NCBI GenBank assembly: GCA_900088475.1
Contig: FLMG01003442.1
Location: forward strand, 1-43,714
Origin: Hyphochytrium catenoides
Lineage: Eukaryota; Protista; Hyphochytriomycota
DNA length: 43,714 nt
Direction of reading: 5' to 3'
The translations under genes and the position numbers were made by a program. The notes under the pieces are model-generated. The model made no database searches. It was not told the DNA's origin and was given only the letters and a program-made list of their open reading frames with translations. Of the stretch, positions 39,275 through 43,714 are shown piece after piece; within the stretch, counting starts at the first letter, position 1; each line of letters begins with the position of its first letter.

Positions 39275-41887
39275 TCAATCTCTTTCTAGAAGCAAGGTCA
39301 AAGGCAAGCCAAATAGCACAGCAAACATTGGCCCGAATGTTTTGATGAACAACGAGACAGGGAGCTCAAAAGGTGCACTATTCAGTGCCACGTTCAGGAA
39401 CCTCTTTGCTAGCTGGACGTCGCCAATCTGTAGGCTGGCTATTGCACCACGCACGCAGAGACCGACAGTACTTGAGCCATTAAATATCACTGGTGGAAGA
39501 CGCCGAGTAAGCTGGTGGCTCCCTCGTCGCTTATTGCGCTTTCCTCCTCTTGAAGTCCTCTTCTTTTGTTTACTCTCTTCATTCAAGTCGTAACCCAGGA
39601 TCCTTAAGCAGCGCTTGTAGACAACCAAAGCCTCCAGAACCCTGTCAGAGTCATCATAGAGGACTCCTAGAGTCAACAAAGGCCCGAAGAGTTCTAGAGG
39701 GATTGTGTGCTGTGGCTGATAGGTGCCCTGGATCACTTCTACATAGACTTCCAGCGCACTGATGGTAGAGAAGTCCCGTGCAGCGGCCCTTGCTCGCATC
39801 TTAGCGTCAAAAAGCTTCTCTAACAGACTTTTCCTCTTCGCTCTTGCCTGCGGACCTTCTTTCTCATCCAGCTGACAGAGCAAGCAGCTGCAATTGAAGC
39901 CATACTTCCTCAGCTTGACCTGTCTCTCCTCGTAGGAGTCCAAGGGCGAGAGATAGGGGAGAGTGAGCTCTTCTCTAGCCCTGATCTTCTGCGTAGATAC
40001 GAGGAACATCATGTCGCCATAGATAGCGTAATAGGTGTTGGCGAGGCAGCTGTGATTGATTAGGGATGGTAGAGTCCACAATCCCGTGCCTTCACTCTCC
40101 AGCACAGTGCCGCTCGACGCATGGTCTTGCAATGAGGAGAACTGGTTTGCTGAACAAATTCTGGCTATTCGATCCCTGTCGATGGATCTAACATTAAAGG
40201 TTGCTGAGTCCGCATCTTCTTCTCTTCCCGGTCTGAAGTGCTCTAATCGTGCGTTGCGGCCGTACTCTCCTATCCTTTCAGTGTATAGAAGTGAAAGCTG
40301 ATGCGCTAAGACTGGGTCGTGGGGCACAGCATGGCTTAGACTGTTTACAATGGCCACCTGAGAGACCGTAGACATACGTCTGCCGGACAGCTCTATCTCG
40401 TAGTACGCTGATCCCGCTACTCCGCTGGTGAGCTGTTCCTTATCATAAGCGATGGCGACAGCACGGGTGGCCAAGAGTAAGGTCCCAGCTGAGATATCTC
40501 TCGTCGCTCGTAGTCCTCTTCCGTGGTCCTTTCTGTCCGTCTTCCCTTCTGTCATAAAAACCTCTACTGGGCCAATATACTCGGCGCAGTCCACGGAATT
40601 CAAAGGATCAGCTGAGACTTGCTGAACCAGCTGAACCATGTCATAGACGCCTTTATCTCTCTCCTCTTTACGCTTTGCAATCTTGGCTATCTCTCTCTTT
40701 GCTTCGTAGTTCTCAGGATTTAGCTCTACCACCTTCTTGAGGTGCTCTATCGCCTTTTCATACTCTCCAATGCCATAATACCCCTTGCCGGCTCGAAATT
40801 GAGCTTTAACGTTAGTAACGTCTCGATCTAGGACCCATAGAGATTCTCTGATGGCTTCCCGAAAGCGCCGAATGAGGAGCAATGCCGCGGCCTTGTTGAG
40901 ATGAAGCACCTCGTGGTCAGGATTGAGTTCTAGTCCCTTCTGGTATGCCTCCAGAGCTGCCTCTATCTTGTTGGATGAGAAGAACGCGTTGCCCTTCTTC
41001 TTCCATTCCTCGACTTGCTCTCTTTTGTCCTTTTTCTGGCCTTTCTGTTGCCTTCTTTGCTCTCCTTGCGTCCTTACCGGTCCTTTCTCTTCTCTGTCGT
41101 CCACATCTTCTTCTTCTGCTTTTGATTCTTCTTCTTCTCTCCTCCAGGACGCCTTACTGACGAAGGAATCGAACTCTAGCTCATCCTCTCGAAGGAGGAC
41201 AACGTCTGATGGATGATCCACTCTGACACTCGTCTCTCCGCTTAGCGTGACCTTGAAATATGGCTCTTTGATGGCCAAGATACTCCCGACAGGCAGGGCT
41301 TTCTCGAGATCCTCAAAGGTTCGATAGACACTGGGGGAGAGATAGTTATAGAGACTAAGCATCTCCACCGCACCTGAGTCTGTCTGGTCTTCTATTAGAG
41401 TCGTCACACCCACCATACGGGCTGGAGGAACAATGGTTCGACAGATAAGGACATGGCCTCGATGGACATGTTCAAGCCGCAGATCATTGAGAGAGATGGG
41501 AGAGAGATGAGAGAGAGGGGTCCTGCTAGCTTTGTGAGGAGGACTCGTCTTTGTGGTTGACCGGAAAACAAAATGACCTTTCTTTTCTTCGTTATGAAGG
41601 TGTCGCAGCTCTTCCCTGTCCCGCAGGAACTTTTCCACACGCACTTCTCGTTGGGGCGTCGCTGCCTCCTTCCGACCTAGTCCCCTGCTTGCCCTTTCAT
41701 TCTGGGAGAAGCGCATTTCAAGGAGCTCCTGTTCCATTGCCCAGCATCTTACAAAAGCCTCAGCGGGGTCCGCAGAGTCCATTGATACCACTGAGTCCAT
41801 TACTAGGTGGCCGAAGCGCTCATTCTCTTCAGGTGACGCTCTGAGGAGGGTGCGGAAGGTCTCACGGGGTGAGAAGGGCAAATCCAT
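39275..41887 (-). CDS. TPR- and SET-domain protein (putative lysine methyltransferase), intronless
   Basis: TPRs (WKKKGNAFF...ALEAYQKGLELNP...LHLNKAAALL...KAQFRAGKGYY). Split SET domain (GRGLRATRDISAGTLLL...GLWTLPSLINHSC...EELTLPY) and post-SET FNCSCLLC. Preceded by an N-terminal GSILAIKEPYFK...VRVDHPSDVV domain. Confidence 0.9.
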   Translation of the reverse strand: MDLPFSPRETFRTLLRASPEENERFGHLVMDSVVSMDSADPAEAFVRCWAMEQELLEMRFSQNERASRGLGRKEAATPQREVRVEKFLRDREELRHLHNEEKKGHFVFRSTTKTSPPHKASRTPLSHLSPISLNDLRLEHVHRGHVLICRTIVPPARMVGVTTLIEDQTDSGAVEMLSLYNYLSPSVYRTFEDLEKALPVGSILAIKEPYFKVTLSGETSVRVDHPSDVVLLREDELEFDSFVSKASWRREEEESKAEEEDVDDREEKGPVRTQGEQRRQQKGQKKDKREQVEEWKKKGNAFFSSNKIEAALEAYQKGLELNPDHEVLHLNKAAALLLIRRFREAIRESLWVLDRDVTNVKAQFRAGKGYYGIGEYEKAIEHLKKVVELNPENYEAKREIAKIAKRKEERDKGVYDMVQLVQQVSADPLNSVDCAEYIGPVEVFMTEGKTDRKDHGRGLRATRDISAGTLLLATRAVAIAYDKEQLTSGVAGSAYYEIELSGRRMSTVSQVAIVNSLSHAVPHDPVLAHQLSLLYTERIGEYGRNARLEHFRPGREEDADSATFNVRSIDRDRIARICSANQFSSLQDHASSGTVLESEGTGLWTLPSLINHSCLANTYYAIYGDMMFLVSTQKIRAREELTLPYLSPLDSYEERQVKLRKYGFNCSCLLCQLDEKEGPQARAKRKSLLEKLFDAKMRARAAARDFSTISALEVYVEVIQGTYQPQHTIPLELFGPLLTLGVLYDDSDRVLEALVVYKRCLRILGYDLNEESKQKKRTSRGGKRNKRRGSHQLTRRLPPVIFNGSSTVGLCVRGAIASLQIGDVQLAKRFLNVALNSAPFELPVSLFIKTFGPMFAVLFGLPLTLLLERD

Positions 41888-43714
41888 TGTCCAGCCGCAA
41901 CTTGATGGGATAAGACGTTCTATAGATAGCGCGGGCGGTTGGGCTTAGTCAGGCAGAGGTCACGTAAGCTCTAAGGCGGAAAAGCCGTACTGAGTCATTT
42001 GAGGTCGTCAGGGGAGGAAGTTGTCTTCAGCTGGAAGTGAGTGATATGCAGTAGATTAGGATGGCAAAGAGAGTCAGCTGAAGCAAAAAGAGAGAGGTAG
42101 TGCTATGGAAGAAGGAGGTATTCTTAGATGATAACCCGAGAGGGAAGGGGAGACAGAGGACACAGAGCTGCCAGAGGAGGACAGAAGAAGGAGAGACTCG
42201 TCAAGGTGATTACCATGACGCAGAACAACTGAAACGCGGGCGAAGAACCAAATAAACGGAAAGACGGGGAGAGACAAAAGAGGGATCAAGGCATCAGAAA
42301 GCGATAAGAGAAAGGAGAGAGAGAAGATCAGCAAAGTTAGGATTAGTAAGAACAGGAGAAGAGGCAACCGAGGAGGGAAGTGAAGAAGTGGACACAGCTG
42401 GTCTCCGTGGAGAGAGGAAGAGAAGTACTCTAAGGGAAGCTAGTTGACCGCTGTTCCTTGTGACGTGGAGTTCCTACTTTCCCTTCTGCACGGTTCTCAC
42501 CATTCCGATGGCAGCTGCAAGGTTCTCTGTGCTAGCAAGCAAGTATTAACTCTCACCCGTAGTGTCTCTCTTTCCTCAACAACTCTCTCTTCCTCCTTCG
42601 CTCCTCTCTCTCCTCATCCCGGTACGCTTATTCTCTGTCATTTCTGTCATTCCTTTCCTTAGTCGGTTGCCCTCCGCCGTCTCTTTTTTGTCTCTCTCTC
42701 TGTCGCGCGCATTATGCTGACACTATTCGCGCTCTTCTCTGACCGGTGTTCCTTATGGACACCCGTGTCTCGCTATCCCGCATCTGATCCACAATTTGAG
42801 AGAACGTTAGCTAGTCGAAGCTTTGCTTCTTCCTGTCAGGTCCATCCACATTGGTGGGAAATTGTCTAGTTTTCTCTCCCTTATGATCCTGCCCTGTCCT
42901 AACATTTCACCTATTTCCTAAGCTGTCTCTTTTCCTTTCCCTGCATTCTCCTCTCTTTGCACTGCTGATGCACCTCCTTCGCAACTACTAATGACTGGAC
43001 AAGAGAAGGGACTGTTACTGGTGAATCTGTGGCAGGAGGTGTATATATGTCTTCATCTCTTACGTAAGAATTAGAAGCAGGGATCAGCAGGGACGTGGTG
43101 GCGTTCTTTCTACTAGAGGTGACAGAGCAAGCCGGCGCGCTTGGGAGAGGTAAGTGAGCTTCATCAGCTGGGAAAGGTAAACCAGGAAATATTGAAGATC
43201 GAGCGTGTCTACTAAGGGTAGGGAATAAGTACTGGAAAGAGAACTAGAAGAAGAGAAACAGGTGGCGCAGTCGCGTTTTACCCTTAGAAAAGAGTGTTGA
43301 GAACTATTCTCCTTCCGAAGGGCGTCACTGCAGTGATGATACAACGGCAGGAGAGAAGAACACATCGTCGCAAGATGAGGAAACGGGCAGACCAAATGGG
43401 AAATGTGGAGAAGAGAGTGCTGAAAGAAGGTGCAACCAAACCAAGGTGAAGGTGGGCAAATGCAACCTAAAAGAGCTGTCTGGCAGCAGCAGCTACGTGG
43501 TGGCCTGAGTAAGGCCCATAGAAGACCGCTTTCCAAAGGGAGATGATACGGAGGCACAGAAGGAATCTCTTTTTATGGCTTGTCTATCGCCTTTGATCTG
43601 GAAGAAAGTGCCTGGGACTCATTCAACGTGATACTCTCGCGCAACATGACTCCAAGAAAGGGAAGAGTGAAGACACGGGACCTGTGGAGGAGGAAAGACG
43701 GAGAAGAGCAAAAG

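Overview
Gene-dense, intron-rich eukaryotic genomic DNA with about 50% GC. Most introns are 55-300 nt GT-AG, and there are two short N gaps. It probably comes from a protist; a stramenopile is my tentative guess. By splicing exons by hand I recover: an EF-hand protein, URB1/Npa1, an SLC18B1-like MFS transporter, a UBXN7-like protein, tRNA-Leu(AAG), an SLC37-like sugar-phosphate exchanger, eIF4E, MZT1 (missed by the ORF track), a tandem two-repeat CNBD K+ channel, a hypothetical N-acylated protein, a fatty acyl-AMP ligase-ACP fusion, a CASC3/Barentsz protein and a TPR-SET protein. Three observations stand out. (1) The FAAL gene has an AT-AC minor-spliceosome (U12-type) intron at 31874-32159, and also a probable GC-AG intron. 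(2) The FAAL-ACP protein ends in a cysteine-rich CaaX box (CPCFVCCVIM), suggesting a prenylated, membrane-anchored acyl-loading module. (3) An unannotated, imperfect ~320-nt foldback sits at 24273-24590, with adjacent tandem repeats and hairpins. All gene models are manual and lack transcript support.
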